Notes: a model not told the origin generated them from the sequence alone. A stretch of DNA of 62,912 bases, filler included, from Octopus bimaculoides (GCF_001194135.2; 7 parts of 6 records of this genome joined end to end with filler, not necessarily neighbours in it), one strand, 5' to 3'; shown: positions 36,549 to 49,846, counted from the first letter of the whole stretch. A program made the numbers and translations.

Positions 36549-37146
36549 TGTTGGTGGCGTGTTGTATGTGGAGTCGTTGGTTTTGGGGGGAACTATCAAG
36601 ACATTGGAGATGTTGGTGGGGTCGGGGACGTTGGTTGCTATGGAGATGGTATTGTTGTTGTTGATGGTGGTTGAGGTGGTGGTGGTGGTGAAGGTTTGGT
36701 GTTTGTTGTTGCTGCTGTTGTTGGTAATGGTAGTCGTGGTACTGATGTTGGTAATGATTGTGTTGATGTTGATGATGATGATGGTGGTGGTGGTGTGGAT
36801 AGAAGGAACTATTAATGAGCGTGGCGGCAGTGACGGTGTCAGCAGCTGTAGTAGTAGTAGTAGTAGTAATAGTAGTAGTATTGGCAGTGACTCGGTCGCC
36901 GACGCCGCCGCTACTACTGCTGATGTTGCTGGTGGTGGTGGTGGTGGTGGTGGTAGTGTTGCGATCGGTTGCAGTGGTTATGACGATGATGCTGATTGTG
37001 GGATCCGTCGTGGTTGCCGTGGTGGCGGCTTTGGTAGTAAAAGCGGGGGTCGCAGGAGCGAGCGGTGGGTTCACTGTCAGGGGTGAGAGCCAATGTCCGA
37101 AGCGCTGCCGAGACCCTAACCACCGGTGATGCGAACGTCCTCGTCG
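36370..37146 (-). CDS. Possible low-complexity N-terminal extension of Brachyury (Thr/His/Gln/Asn-rich), or a long 5' leader
   Basis: Same frame as the T-box exon, open from an in-frame TGA at 37149-37147 down to ATG 36369 with no ATG (the ORF-track start at 37074 is GTG). His and Gln runs use mixed codons (CAC/CAT, CAA/CAG); (AAT)19 at 36490-36546 reads as poly-Asn. Confidence 0.5.
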
Positions 37147-37150
37147 TCAT
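36914..37150 (-). other. 78-codon ATG-initiated ORF upstream of the Brachyury ATG, in a different frame (uORF or displaced true start)
   Basis: ATG at 37150; MTTRTFASP...[12 protein letters not shown] ends in TAG TAG; offset by 1 nt from the T-box frame. Confidence 0.5.
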
Positions 37151-37199
37151 TGGATGAAAAGGACGAAGAAAAAGTCAAAGAGAGAAAGATAGAGGTGAG

Positions 37200-37217
37200 A
37201 GAGAGAAGAGAGAGAGT

Positions 37218-37255
<38 letters not shown>

Positions 37256-37312
37256 CTGTGAGGGACAGAGATGTCAGAGAGAATAACAGCAGACCGACAA
37301 GACCAACAGGAA

Positions 37313-37370
<58 letters not shown>

Positions 37371-37470
37371 TAAGAAGGTATTAGAAGCAGCAGCAGAAGA
37401 AGAAGAAAAAGAAGACGAAGAAGAAGTAGAAGAAGAAGAAGAAGAAGAAGAAGAAGAAGAAGAAGAAGAA
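37200..37470. repeat. Compound (GA)n/(TAG)n/(GAA)n microsatellite upstream of the Brachyury exon
   Basis: Direct reading; pyrimidine-rich on the coding strand. Confidence 0.95.
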
Positions 37471-38399
37471 ATGACCGATGCTAAAGGAAACAGTAATGAA
37501 GCTTTGAAAGACCGGTGAAAGACGTCGATCAGTAAAAATTGAAGAACGTAAGAGGAATGGGGAGGGGTGGGGTCGAGGGATCGTGCCGAGTGNNNNNNNN
37601 NNNNNNNNNNNNNNNNNNNNNNNNNNNNNNNNNNNNNNNNNNNNNNNNNNNNNNNNNNNNNNNNNNNNNNNNNNNNNNNNNNNNNNNNNNNNNNNNNNNN
37701 NNNNNNNNNNNNNNNNNNNNNNNNNNNNNNNNNNNNNNNNNNNNNNNNNNNNNNNNNNNNNNNNNNNNNNNNNNNNNNNNNNNNNNNNNNNNNNNNNNNN
37801 NNNNNNNNNNNNNNNNNNNNNNNNNNNNNNNNNNNNNNNNNNNNNNNNNNNNNNNNNNNNNNNNNNNNNNNNNNNNNNNNNNNNNNNNNNNNNNNNNNNN
37901 NNNNNNNNNNNNNNNNNNNNNNNNNNNNNNNNNNNGGTGGTGATGGTGGTGGTGGTGGTGGTGGTGGTGGTGATAGCAGCAGTGAAGGCTACGACATCGG
38001 TAATGGAGGAGGGTCCGGCGGTGATGGTGGCGGCGATTGTGGTGATGTAGTTGTGGTGGTGGTGGTATGAAGGCTATATTCTCAGCACTCGGGTGAACTG
38101 TCCTCTCTTGAAGAGTAAGCCAAGGTAGCGTGAATTAGCCGTGGCGTGTCTGGGTCGTGTGTCTGGGATGGACGTTTGACTGACTTGGTGGCCACTGACC
38201 GTCAACGGTGCAAATCTGTTCGGTGGGGTTTGATACAGAGATTCACTCACGCAGACACACAGACATACTGACATACTGACAGTTTCAGTCAGACAGAAAC
38301 ATACAGACACACACACACACATATATATATATAGAGAGAGAGAGAGGTGAATAGGTAGGTTGCAAGTAGTATGACAGGATAGGTAGAGAAACAGGATGG

Positions 38400-38409
38400 A
38401 AGATTAAAT

Positions 38410-38491
<82 letters not shown>

Positions 38492-38565
38492 AAGTGGAGA
38501 TACAGGTGGGTAGATTAACAAACAGACGCAGACAGACAGGTAGATAGACAGACAGACACAGACAA

Positions 38566-38646
<81 letters not shown>

Positions 38647-38675
38647 CAGACAGACACAGACAAATAGATAGATAG
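38400..38675. repeat. (GA)n/(GACA)n/(GATA)n microsatellites
   Basis: Direct reading. Confidence 0.95.
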
Positions 38676-39749
38676 AAAGGTAGGGATAATTAAGTCAAGG
38701 TGTGTGAAAGTTTGACGAAGAAAAGACAGACAGTAAACCATTAAAAAATTTTTGTAAACTCATCGTTAACAACCCAGTACAAATTCTGGCTGTGTATATA
38801 TATGTATATGTGTGTGTGTGTGTGTATGCATGCATAAAACTTATGTGTGTGTATATNNNNNNNNNNNNNNNNNNNNNNNNNNNNNNNNNNNNNNNNNNNN
38901 NNNNNNNNNNNNNNNNNNNNNNNNNNNNNNNNNNNNNNNNNNNNNNNNNNNNNNNNNNNNNNNNNNNNNNNNNNNNNNNNNNNNNNNNNNNNNNNNNNNN
39001 NNNNNNNNNNNNNNNNNNNNNNNNNNNNNNNNNNNNNNNNNNNNNNNNNNNNNNNNNNNNNNNNNNNNNNNNNNNNNNNNNNNNNNNNNNNNNNNNNNNN
39101 NNNNNNNNNNNNNNNNNNNNNNNNNNNNNNNNNNNNNNNNNNNNNNNNNNNNNNNNNNNNNNNNNNNNNNNNNNNNNNNNNNNNNNNNNNNNNNNNNNNN
39201 NNNNNNNNNNNNNNNNNNNNNNNNNNNNNNNNNNNNNNNNNNNNNNNNNNNNNNNNNNNNNNNNNNNNNNNNNNNNNNNNNNNNNNNNNNNNNNNNNNNN
39301 NNNNNNNNNNNNNNNNNNNNNNNNNNNNNNNNNNNNNNNNNNNNNNNNNNNNNNNNNNNNNNNNNNNNNNNNNNNNNNNNNNNNNNNNNNNNNNNNNNNN
39401 NNNNNNNNNNNNNNNNNNNNNNNNNNNNNNNNNNNNNNNNNNNNNNNNNNNNNNNNNNNNNNNNNNNNNNNNNNNNNNNNNNNNNNNNNNNNNNNNNNNN
39501 NNNNNNNNNNNNNNNNNNNNNNNNNNNNNNNNNNNNNNNNNNNNNNNNNNNNNNNNNNNNNNNNNNNNNNNNNNNNGATAAAGTTGAAAGGAAAAGAGGA
39601 GGCAATCCAGATCCAAGGAAATTGAAGGAGGGGAGGGGAAGAAAGAGTTTGCTGGAAGAAATGGGAAGCCGATGAGATGAGCTGCCAAAAGACAGAGAGG
39701 CATTGGAGTCTGTTAGTCTCTGTCTCTTTCTTTCCCTCTTCTGGGCGAT

Positions 39750-39840
39750 CCTCCTTTGAAATAATCACGTGACCATCTAATTTTCGTATTTAGATTTAAT
39801 TTACTATTGTTTCTTTTATCTCGTTTTATTATTTATTTGT

Positions 39841-39883
<43 letters not shown>

Positions 39884-40020
39884 ATGCACGCCAGCAATCC
39901 GACCACAATGTGTTTAATGTCCGCCGTCCAATGAGATTCCGTCCAATGAGTCTGTGATGTCGGCAACGAGAGTTGATTAGGCAAGATCAGTGGGAGGAAG
40001 TAGGAGGAAGTGGGAGGCAG
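39750..40020. promoter_or_regulatory. Candidate Brachyury upstream cis-regulatory cluster
   Basis: CCTTTGAA (TCF/LEF-type) 39753-39760, CACGTG 39766-39771, ACCACA 39902-39907, duplicated CCGTCCAATGAG 39924-39935 and 39939-39950, two AGGAAGT (ETS-type) in a 10-bp tandem at 39990-40017. Motif matches only. Confidence 0.35.
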
Positions 40021-43000
40021 CTGAAAGGCTGAAAGTCTCGTTGTTCATTGGTCCGTTTCCTCTTCGACGTCGTAGTCGTAGTCTATGTATCAGACATGAT
40101 TATTCAATAGCGGTAGTGGCGAGGGTGGTAACGCTGACAGAATAGTACTAACATTCGCAGTCTCACGGTCCTGTGTTCGATTCCCCTCTGTGGCAGTTTG
40201 AGTATATACACACACACATATATATATATGTATATATATTGGAAGGTTTGGAGGTGATGTACAGAAATTATATAGAAAAAAAATTANNNNNNNNNNTGTC
40301 GTGTGCATGTTTATTTGTGATCATACCCATTGCTTTATACTGAGTCTGAGAAAGTTAAACCAAAATTTGTGCAATTTGAAGAAGAAAGATTTGTTGGCGA
40401 AGCTCAGTATTGTAGAGTAGGTGTATGAAGAACCCTGAAGCGTTGATTTCCAAAGCTTCGTGAGAAAATATTTTAACTCCTTTGTCTTTGTAAGAGATGA
40501 ATTTCACTTTTTATTTATTTATTTATTGAGTGGGGGAGATGGATCTCCTTAAAAACCACCAAACTGTTTACCTCTTTTCTGAGCTTCATAATATTACTGC
40601 CCATTTGAGTCCTTACTAGGCAAGTGCATCCTAGTAACTTTTTCTCTCTAGATGAGATCCTACTTCTGTATACTTAAATAATGCTTCAGCCATAATAGGA
40701 AAGACACGCGAAGAAGGTTACTGAGCATTTTTAACATTTGTAAAGTAAGGTTACATCTCCATTTATACGAATGCTTCAGTATTTTCCCATCAGCCATCAT
40801 ATTTCACCGGGAGTAAATGTAGGAAGTTCCTTATAGGATGTTATTCTCAGAGCGAGTTCATATCTAAACAGGTGACAGATCATGCACTTTACATTTTCCC
40901 TGCCAGTTCACTCATTTTACTGGCAACGCTTTTTACGGACAAAAACAGTTATTGAGACAAAACTCAATATGTATATGTTGTGTCGACGCCCCCAGACGAT
41001 AACGTAGGCAAGCCCAATACGTAGATATAGGGGGAGAAGTCTATTTGTCGGGGTAGTTGAGCAGAGGTCATCCGAACGTGCGATATAACAGTATAAAAGG
41101 TTAGAAAATTTTTTTTTTTTTTTTTTCGGAATTTTGGGCGATAATAAATGCCATTGAGAAATCAAGACGAAGGAGAAAATGCCAATAAAACAGTAGGTTC
41201 TGAATGATACCAGTCAGAAAACAGTACAACTATGAGTCAGGGTCTGAAAACGTTTACGTTCCCGAGAAATACTGGGAAAGGTTTCTAATGACGACNNNNN
41301 NNNNNNNNNNNNNNNNNNNNNNNNNNNNNNNNNNNNNNNNNNNNNNNNNNNNNNNNNNNNNNNNNNNNNNNNNNNNNNNNNNNNNNNNNNNNNNNNNNNN
41401 NNNNNNNNNNNNNNNNNNNNNNNNNNNNNNNNNNNNNNNNNNNNNNNNNNNNGAATTTGATTATGATTGAAGAAACACACCAAATGGAAGGGAATGTTTT
41501 TAGTCGGGAGCAGGAACCAAAAGGAATCTCAGATTTTAGCAAATTCACAATAAATTAAGTAGGGTCAGAGGAAACCGAAGGCTTTAATGGAGTTTCTGTG
41601 TTGGCTTTTAGCGACGGTTTTAAACATTTAAAAAACTTGTTCAGCAAAGAAAACAGAACTAAATAGGGACAAACTTTATTTCCCTTTCTCAATAAATGAG
41701 AGAAAATTTACCAAGTATTTCGGTGTAGATTGATTGGCAACGAATAGTAACAACTGTGTTTATTCATTTCTGTGGATTGGGAGTCCTTTTTCCGAAAGTC
41801 GGGAAATTTGAAAACATGAAATTTTGGAGAAAAATATTTTGAAGAACTTTGGTTGTTTTTTCTAGCATATCGAGTGACACATTAAGGCTTATCTCTTCCA
41901 TCTTCTGGTTAAATGGATATTCACGCATGCGTGGAAAGTATTACTGTTCCGATAGTCAAAGGGTGGGGGAATTTATAAAACCTGAAACTGTGAAGAGATT
42001 ATTTGTTAAAGTTGTGTCTTGGGAGAGTCATTACGCCAAAAATGCTAGAGTCATTGGCTAAATAACTCTCCCAAGACAGAAGAAGGTTTCTTATGAAAAA
42101 CATGAATTCACATCAAAAATCTTGCAAACCATTTACAAAAGCGAAGTATTTTTTCTCAGATTTCTTTTATTCGACGCATGTGAAGAGACCCTATTCAAAC
42201 CTCCCTCATTTCATCTGCTGGTTCAACAAGCTTCCGTCCATGAACGTGGAAATGAGAGGTCAAGTATAAAACATCCGGAATGCTGGTATGAGGGTGAGGT
42301 GGGGGAGTATTGCGTAAACTGGTGGTCGAGAGAGATGGCAAATTTTGGTAAACATTGAAATTTTGATTTTTTTTTAAAATTGTTTTCTGATTTATTTTTA
42401 GAATCATAAGACATATTTTTCCCGATGGATTTCCACGGGAAAAAGGAAGAGTGAAAAATTGGGGGAGGCGTTGGGATGTTATTTCATATTTTGTAAGGTG
42501 TCTTTTTTTGTTTCCAATCAAAATCGCAATTTCCGTTGAAAACATGGGATTCTGAAGAAACATTTCAAAAAAAAGTAAAGCTAATACATACACACATACA
42601 TACATAAATACATACATACATACATACACATACATACATACATACATACATACATACATACACGCGCACAAATGTACACATACATACATGCACACATATA
42701 TACATGCATACATACATACATACATGCATGCATGCACACACATACACGCACACACACACATGCATACATATATACATACATGCACATATACATACATAAA
42801 TACCTACATACATACGTTCATGAATACATACACACATTAATGAATGCTTTTGTATCGTTACAGATGAAAACAACTTTAATTAAAGCTGAAGGATTGCTCA
42901 ATACTTCTTTGGAGAGTTCCATGATTTTTGAAAACTTTTACAAGGAAATCGTTCACAGTGATTTCATAGTGTTAACTTGCTCCCCTTTAATACACAATGT

Positions 43001-44600
43001 GTGTGTGGGGGTGGTGTATATGGTTGTGTATGTGCATGTGTATGCGTGTGTGTGTACCTACACCAACTGTTTGCTGCTCATGGGTTTTTTTGCGGTAATA
43101 TCTAAAAGAATTTACTGCTTAGAATTTGTTTGTCTGAGTTACTACTCTTCCACTTTTTAGCACGTTTTGCCGTCACTCTCTTTAGACCCAACCAAATTCC
43201 TATATTTCAAAATATAGCAGCATATTGGTCTTTTCAATGAATTCAATCGCATTCAATTTGGTCAAGAAGCTAGAAGACATAGATGGGGATCAAGCAAAGG
43301 TTGAATTTGAGAATCCCCACTGGAATAGAGATGGATAATATTGCAAATACACATACACACGCACAAGCACAGAGGACTCTCTCTCTCTACTTCTCTCTCT
43401 CTCTACTTCTCTCTCTCTCTCTCTTTCTGTCGCAAACGCATCACACACGCGCGCGCACAAACGCACACGCACACGCACTTACATGAGCATATAAGCAGTG
43501 ATCCTGCTTTCAGGTGTCAAAATCACATTGGTATCTGATCGAGAGCTGATGACTTCCTCGACTGTGTTAAAAGTTTCCATTTTCAAGTAAATTTCTCTGC
43601 TCATTGTTAAGGCCCTATTGAATTTGCTTTACTTACCTGGGAAAATAGTATATTCTTTGGTNNNNNNNNNNNNNNNNNNNNNNNNNNNNNNNNNNNNNNN
43701 NNNNNNNNNNNNNNNNNNNNNNNNNNNNNNNNNNNNNNNNNNNNNNNNNNNNNNNNNNNNNNNNNNNNNNNNNNNNNNNNNNNNNNNNNNNNNNNNNNNN
43801 NNNNNNNNNNNNNNNNNNNNNNNNNNNNNNNNNNNNNNNNNNNNNNNNNNNNNNNNNNNNNNNNNNNNNNNNNNNNNNNNNNNNNNNNNNNNNNNNNNNN
43901 NNNNNNNNNNNNNNNNNNNNNNNNNNNNNNNNNNNNNNNNNNNNNNNNNNNNNNNNNNNNNNNNNNNNNNNNNNNNNNNNNNNNNNNNNNNNNNNNNNNN
44001 NNNNNNNNNNNNNNNNNNNNNNNNNNNNNNNNNNNNNNNNNNNNNNNNNNNNNNNNNNNNNNNNNNNNNNNNNNNNNNNNNNNNNNNNNNNNNNNNNNNN
44101 NNNNNNNNNNNNNNNNNNNNNNNNNNNNNNNNNNNNNNNNNNNTATATATATATATATATGCGTGTATGTGTCTGTATGTGATTATATACATACGCATAT
44201 GCACGTGTGCGTATGTATAGTTTGGACCGAGATCAATCTCAAAGTAATTATATTGCATAACACAGAAATACAATTCCAGAAACGTCGTCCAGTATTGACA
44301 GTTGCGCATGGGCTTCTGTATGCACATATGTGCGCGCGTATGCTTGATCATAAGTGTATAAAAGTCCATATATATATATATATATAGACATACATACATA
44401 CATACATACATACATACATACATACATACTAACAAACGCTCCTCTCACAAATATATCTCGCGACACTTTTAAACCGAAGGAACAAATGGTGTTTAATAGT
44501 TTGAACTTTCGAGATAAAACGTGAACAACACAATGGAAGAAAGTGGAGAGTGGAGCCAATATTAGCAGCAAGAAAAACCAGTAGAAAATGGATACAAAAA

Positions 44601-44640
<40 letters not shown>

Positions 44641-45080
44641 ACAAGAGCAACAAAATTATATCGACGAATGAAATGAGAAAGAAAATGGCGGAAAAAAGTA
44701 AATTGGAAGAAAAAGAGGACAATGGGAATATGAAATGTACCTATGGCTACTGTATGTAGTCGGCCTGTTTATCGCGTTCCCCTCACACACACACACATAC
44801 ACACAGAGTAAAAGTAAAAGCGGTATTGGATGGAGGGAGGTGAGAGGGAAGAAGAAGGGGAGGAGGACGACGATGAAACGAAGAAGGGAATGGGAGGAGA
44901 GGGAAGAGGTGAAAAATATAGGAAGAAGAAGAAGAGGAGGAGGAGGAGGAGGAGGAAGAAGAAGAAGAAGAAGATTGAGAAACGAGACGAAATTAATTTA
45001 ATTAATGGTTGTCGGATTTTTGTGAAATCGTTTTTGGTTTGTGTGGAGAAATATAACGAGACGGTGTGAGGAGAAGAGGA

Positions 45081-45127
<47 letters not shown>

Positions 45128-45665
45128 AAAAAGAGCGAAGGAGGGAAGAGAAAAAGAAAAGATGTGACGTAGACAGAGAGAGAGAGGGGGAGAGAAACAG
45201 AGAAAGCGATATTGAAAGAAAGAAAGAAAGAATAAGAAAGAAGAGATGAAAGAAAGAAAGTATGTGAGAAATCTTGACAAGAGGCAGAGTGTGTGAGAGA
45301 GAGGTTAGAGGAAGATTGTTTCGGGAATTCTCTTTAACGATTGAGTGACAAGTTAAAGATTAGAAAGAGAATGGCGTGAGGGCGAAGAATGAGGAAAAGT
45401 GATGGGCAGAAGACATGGAAATAAATGAGCTTCGAAATAGAGAAGCAAGTAGATTCGAAATAATCAACATTTCTTTAAAACTAAACATGGGGGCGACACC
45501 ACGGATTGGCAAAAATATGGCGTAATTATAGCCAAGAGACTTGTTAGTCATCACACTCACACATAGATACATATATATGCACACGTATACATTTATAAAA
45601 ACGCGCACATTTTATATACATATGTGTATGTGTATATATTTACATATGTTGTATACGGACATATA

Positions 45666-46567
45666 CGGGTGGTGTCAAAAAGTTCCCAGCTTATTTATGT
45701 TTAATAAAAAAAAATAACTTATACACCTCAGTTTTTAACATCATCTTCAAAATAGTCATCATGCGCGGCAATACACCGGTCCCAGTTTTCCTGTCACTTT
45801 GGGGAGCTGGGCTGGGAGTCGTTTTCTGTGAGTCGAGGATCCTTTGCAGTTCGCTCTGGATCTCGACAACGGTGTTAAAACGGCGTTCTTTGAGCTGCAT
45901 TTTCATCTTGGAGAAGTGCTAAATCTGGCGAGTAGGGCAGGTGCGGAAGCGATACCATGTTGTTTTTGGCGGGAAACTCATGAGTGAGGTAAGCTCGGTG
46001 ACAGGGTACCTTGTCGTCGTGAAGGACCCAATTCTTTGTTCTCCACAGATCTGGTTGCTTTCACCTAATGTCCTCCCTCAAACGCTTCAAAACGCCGTTC
46101 ATTGTCCTCCGTCGATCCACATGCACAACAAGCTGATGAATTTTCTTCACATTTCCGGGGGTAACACTCGTGATAGGTCTCCCAGATTACTCATCGTCTT
46201 CCAGGGACGTTCTTCCGCTTTTGAAGCGCCCATGCCACTCGAAACATTGTGTACGACCCATTGCCTCGTCGCCGTAAGCTTACCGAAACATGTTCAGTAT
46301 CTACGTTGCAGACTTCACAAGTTTAATGCAAAATTTCGCGTTGGCTCTCTGTTCCAACTTCCTGTCCATGACAAAAATCACAGAGAACAGCACACACGTG
46401 ATCACCAACAAAACACAAATTTTCCAACTTGCAAAGTAAACACAGCGATGCAATTTGATACACTGCCTCATGAAGGTCGCTGCTAGCTCTCACGGCGCAC
46501 ACAACCGCGTGCTGCCATCTGCTGGCGCGCTACACAACTAGTCCAGGAACTTTGCGATACCATCTCG
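45666..46567 (-). mobile_element. Mariner element with both TIRs, internally deleted
   Basis: Ends TA-CGGGTGGTGTCAAAAAGTTCC and (reverse complement) TA-CGAGATGGTATCGCAAAGTTCC with TA flanks; translation MDRKLEQRANAKFCIKL..FEWHGRFKSGRTSLEDD..SGRP, then VLKRLRE..W.LHDD..PYSPDLA..KMKMQLKERRF with stops and deletions. Confidence 0.92.
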
Positions 46568-46691
46568 TATATATGTATGTGTGTCTGTGTGTGTGTGCGC
46601 GTAAGTGTGTGTAAGTCTGTTTGTGTGTGAGTGTATGTGTGTATATATATATGCATATGTATATGTGTATATACATGTGTGTATGTATATG

Positions 46692-46748
<57 letters not shown>

Positions 46749-46887
46749 NNNNNNNNNNNNNNNNNNNNNNNNNNNNNNNNNNNNNNNNNNNNNNNNNNNN
46801 NNNNNNNNNNNNNNNNTATATATATAGATGTATGTATATGTATATGTATGTATGTGCGTATATATGTATATTCACTGAATAGCCTAT

Positions 46888-46926
<39 letters not shown>

Positions 46927-47490
46927 AAAGGGAGAGAGGGAAAGGCATTCAAATATATATGGAGAGACTGATATAACAATTCTGATTTGAGAGAAAGGGT
47001 AAGAAAATTGGTAAGAGAGAGACAAACAGATATGGTTCAATGAAAGGAGGGGGCTGGAAAAGAAGATAGACGAAGCATCGAAGAGATAAACAAGGAGGGT
47101 TGGTTAGACATTATGAAAGAGAAGGGGAGGACGGTGGGACAAAATAGGGGACAGAGAATGAGAAAGAGGGGCAAATGAGCAAGGGCGTGTTGGAAACACT
47201 GAGTGTATAAGAAACAGCTGGTCCGAGTGATTCTATTTAAATAAACCTCATTGGTTGATAACGACTATTAAAATCTAGTGATAGGAAGAGAGTAAAAAGA
47301 GAAGAAAAAAACAAACAAGATATTTGAGAAGCCGAGTGGGTAATTAAATTAGATGAATACGTATTGTATTATTATTATTATTATTATTATTGATTTGGGG
47401 TTGGGTGGCCAGTGCTGGTATCGTTTATCTGGAGGAAACATTTGAGTGTTGAGAGGGCAAACATTATCGAAGGAAGACTGCAACGCGTAA

Positions 47491-47536
<46 letters not shown>

Positions 47537-47944
47537 NNNNNNNNNNNNNNNNNNNNNNNNNNNNNNNNNNNNNNNNNNNNNNNNNNNNNNNNNNNNNNNN
47601 NNNNNNNNNNNNNNNNNNNNNNNNNNNNNNNNNNNNNNNNNNNNNNNNNNNNNNNNNNNNNNNNNNNNNNNNNNNNNNNNNNNNNNNNNNNNNNNNNNNN
47701 NNNNNNNNNNNNNNNNNNNNNNNNNNNNNNNNNNNNNNNNNNNNNNNNNNNNNNNNNNNNNNNNNNNNNNNNNNNNNNNNNNNNNNNNNNNNNNNNNNNN
47801 NNNNNNNNNNNNNNNNNNNNNNNNNNNNNNNNNNNNNNNNNNNNNNNNNNNNNNNNNNNNNNNNNNNNNNNNNNNNNNNNNNNNTTTTACAATATATACG
47901 TACACACACACACACACACACACGCACGCACACACACGCACACA

Positions 47945-47988
<44 letters not shown>

Positions 47989-49789
47989 CAAACACACACA
48001 TATGAAATGTTAGAGTACGATATTGATAATACATCGTTATGCTTTTTCCAAACAATCATCATATCACAACCTCAGCCTGTTCCTAAAATATCTGGGATCC
48101 ATATGGCTTATTACTATGCAGAATCTCTTATATACCCTTATGGTTTTAAAATGTTGTAGGGTGCATAATTCCTCCGTTTAAGGTTGAATTATTTACAAAT
48201 ATAGGAGACAATAATAAAATACAGAGGAGATTAAAAACAAAATGGAAATGAGAACAGAAAGCTATGGAGTTGAGAGATATCACTGAATCTAATGTTATAA
48301 AGTATGATAAGGACAATGGTGTTTACTGAAACGGAGAAGGGAGATAATGAATGTTTGAATCCAGTTGGACGATACTTAAGATTCAATCAACCAGACGGTG
48401 TTAAAAAAACCTTCAATGCGTCAGAAAGTAGCTATCGAATTGGTAACAATTAACAATTGGTGGAGAGATATATAGGACTAAAATTGCTAATGATGTTGGG
48501 AAATGATTTTCCAAGTAACGACTGAAATCCATCTAAAAATGTCCAATTCTTTTCCTGGCACTCTGTACTTTTTATTCTTACCAATCGATGTTATATATTC
48601 TTTCATTTATTAACATCCGAGATTATTAGCCGTTAGCATATACTATTCCATGTATTAAATATCGATCGACTTTATCGTATAACAGCAGTATCATACAATT
48701 TACCTCCGTAGACAAAGACTCGATCAGTTATTGTTGCCTCACTCAAGTGAAGCGGTGAGACTCAAGGGCGAAATGCCTGTCACCCTGAAATACTTCTTGA
48801 CGATACGAAAGAGCTTGCACCATTGCAATGGATTTAGACAAGAAAAATCTCTGAGTAACTCCTGCAGTTTGTGCGGGGAGCAAAACATCTCTAGAGTTTA
48901 CTTCACCTATTTATATGGCTCACACTGTTCATGGAATATTTCCTTATATTTTCCTTAATAATATCACATTTGACTTCATCATATTTTCCATATTAACATA
49001 ATATCGATCGAATGTATCATAGCTGCTATATCATACCACTTCTCCCCGACAAAACACATTTGCCCGATTAATTCTGTTCAAAAAAACTTCTCACGGTATT
49101 TTTTCTATTCCTCACATCTCATTGATTTTAAAAACCGCAGTAATTTTATCTCTGTTTGTATGTTCACTTAAGCATGCAGAACAAAACAAGATACCGAACG
49201 CTTTCAGAATCGATTCAAAGCCCAACAACAAATTCAAATTCTGGAGACACTCCTGAACATGTTTCGGTATTTTATTTCATTTTTATTTAATTTAACTTTT
49301 TTAATATTTTCTGTTCCTTAAAATAAAGGACTTTTGCCATTTTTTTTCCACTTGGAATATTCTATATACTGGACACGCTTGCTCTAATCTTCCTTATCGT
49401 GTGGAGTTCGGACACATGAAACTCAGAATAACGGCTCATATGTTTGTAAGTGTGAGTATATTGGTCTAAATATACATACATATTTATGTATGTCTATCAT
49501 CTTTAGTCTGTGTGTCTCTCTCTGTGTATATTCTCTAATCTTCGTTTTCTTTCATCTCTTTGCCCCTCCCCCACTCGTAATTTTAAAGGTCAGAGAGTTC
49601 ATTAGTCTAGGTAGTTAGTAGTTAACACCTGTAAGAGAAATTGCCCTTTCAATCCGTTTTTAAAATTATGGGGTCTACCCCACCTCTCTCCCGTTCTCTT
49701 GCTTTTTGTCTTTATATGTGGTTACTTCCGGTATATAAATTACAGATCCCTTACACTCACAAAAAATCTGAATGTCATAACTAACCATG

Positions 49790-49846
<57 letters not shown>

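Noticed and set aside
36200-37129. Plus-strand ORFs of 154, 175 and 104 aa over the Brachyury exon
   Set aside because: Antisense readings of triplet-repeat sequence; no independent support.
45941-46486. 181-aa plus-strand ORF
   Set aside because: Antisense shadow of the mariner transposase remnant.
47430-47445. ATG TTT CCT (MFP) on the minus strand as Brachyury exon 2
   Set aside because: Lies upstream of exon 1, and the following residues (PDKRYQH) do not match the T-box.
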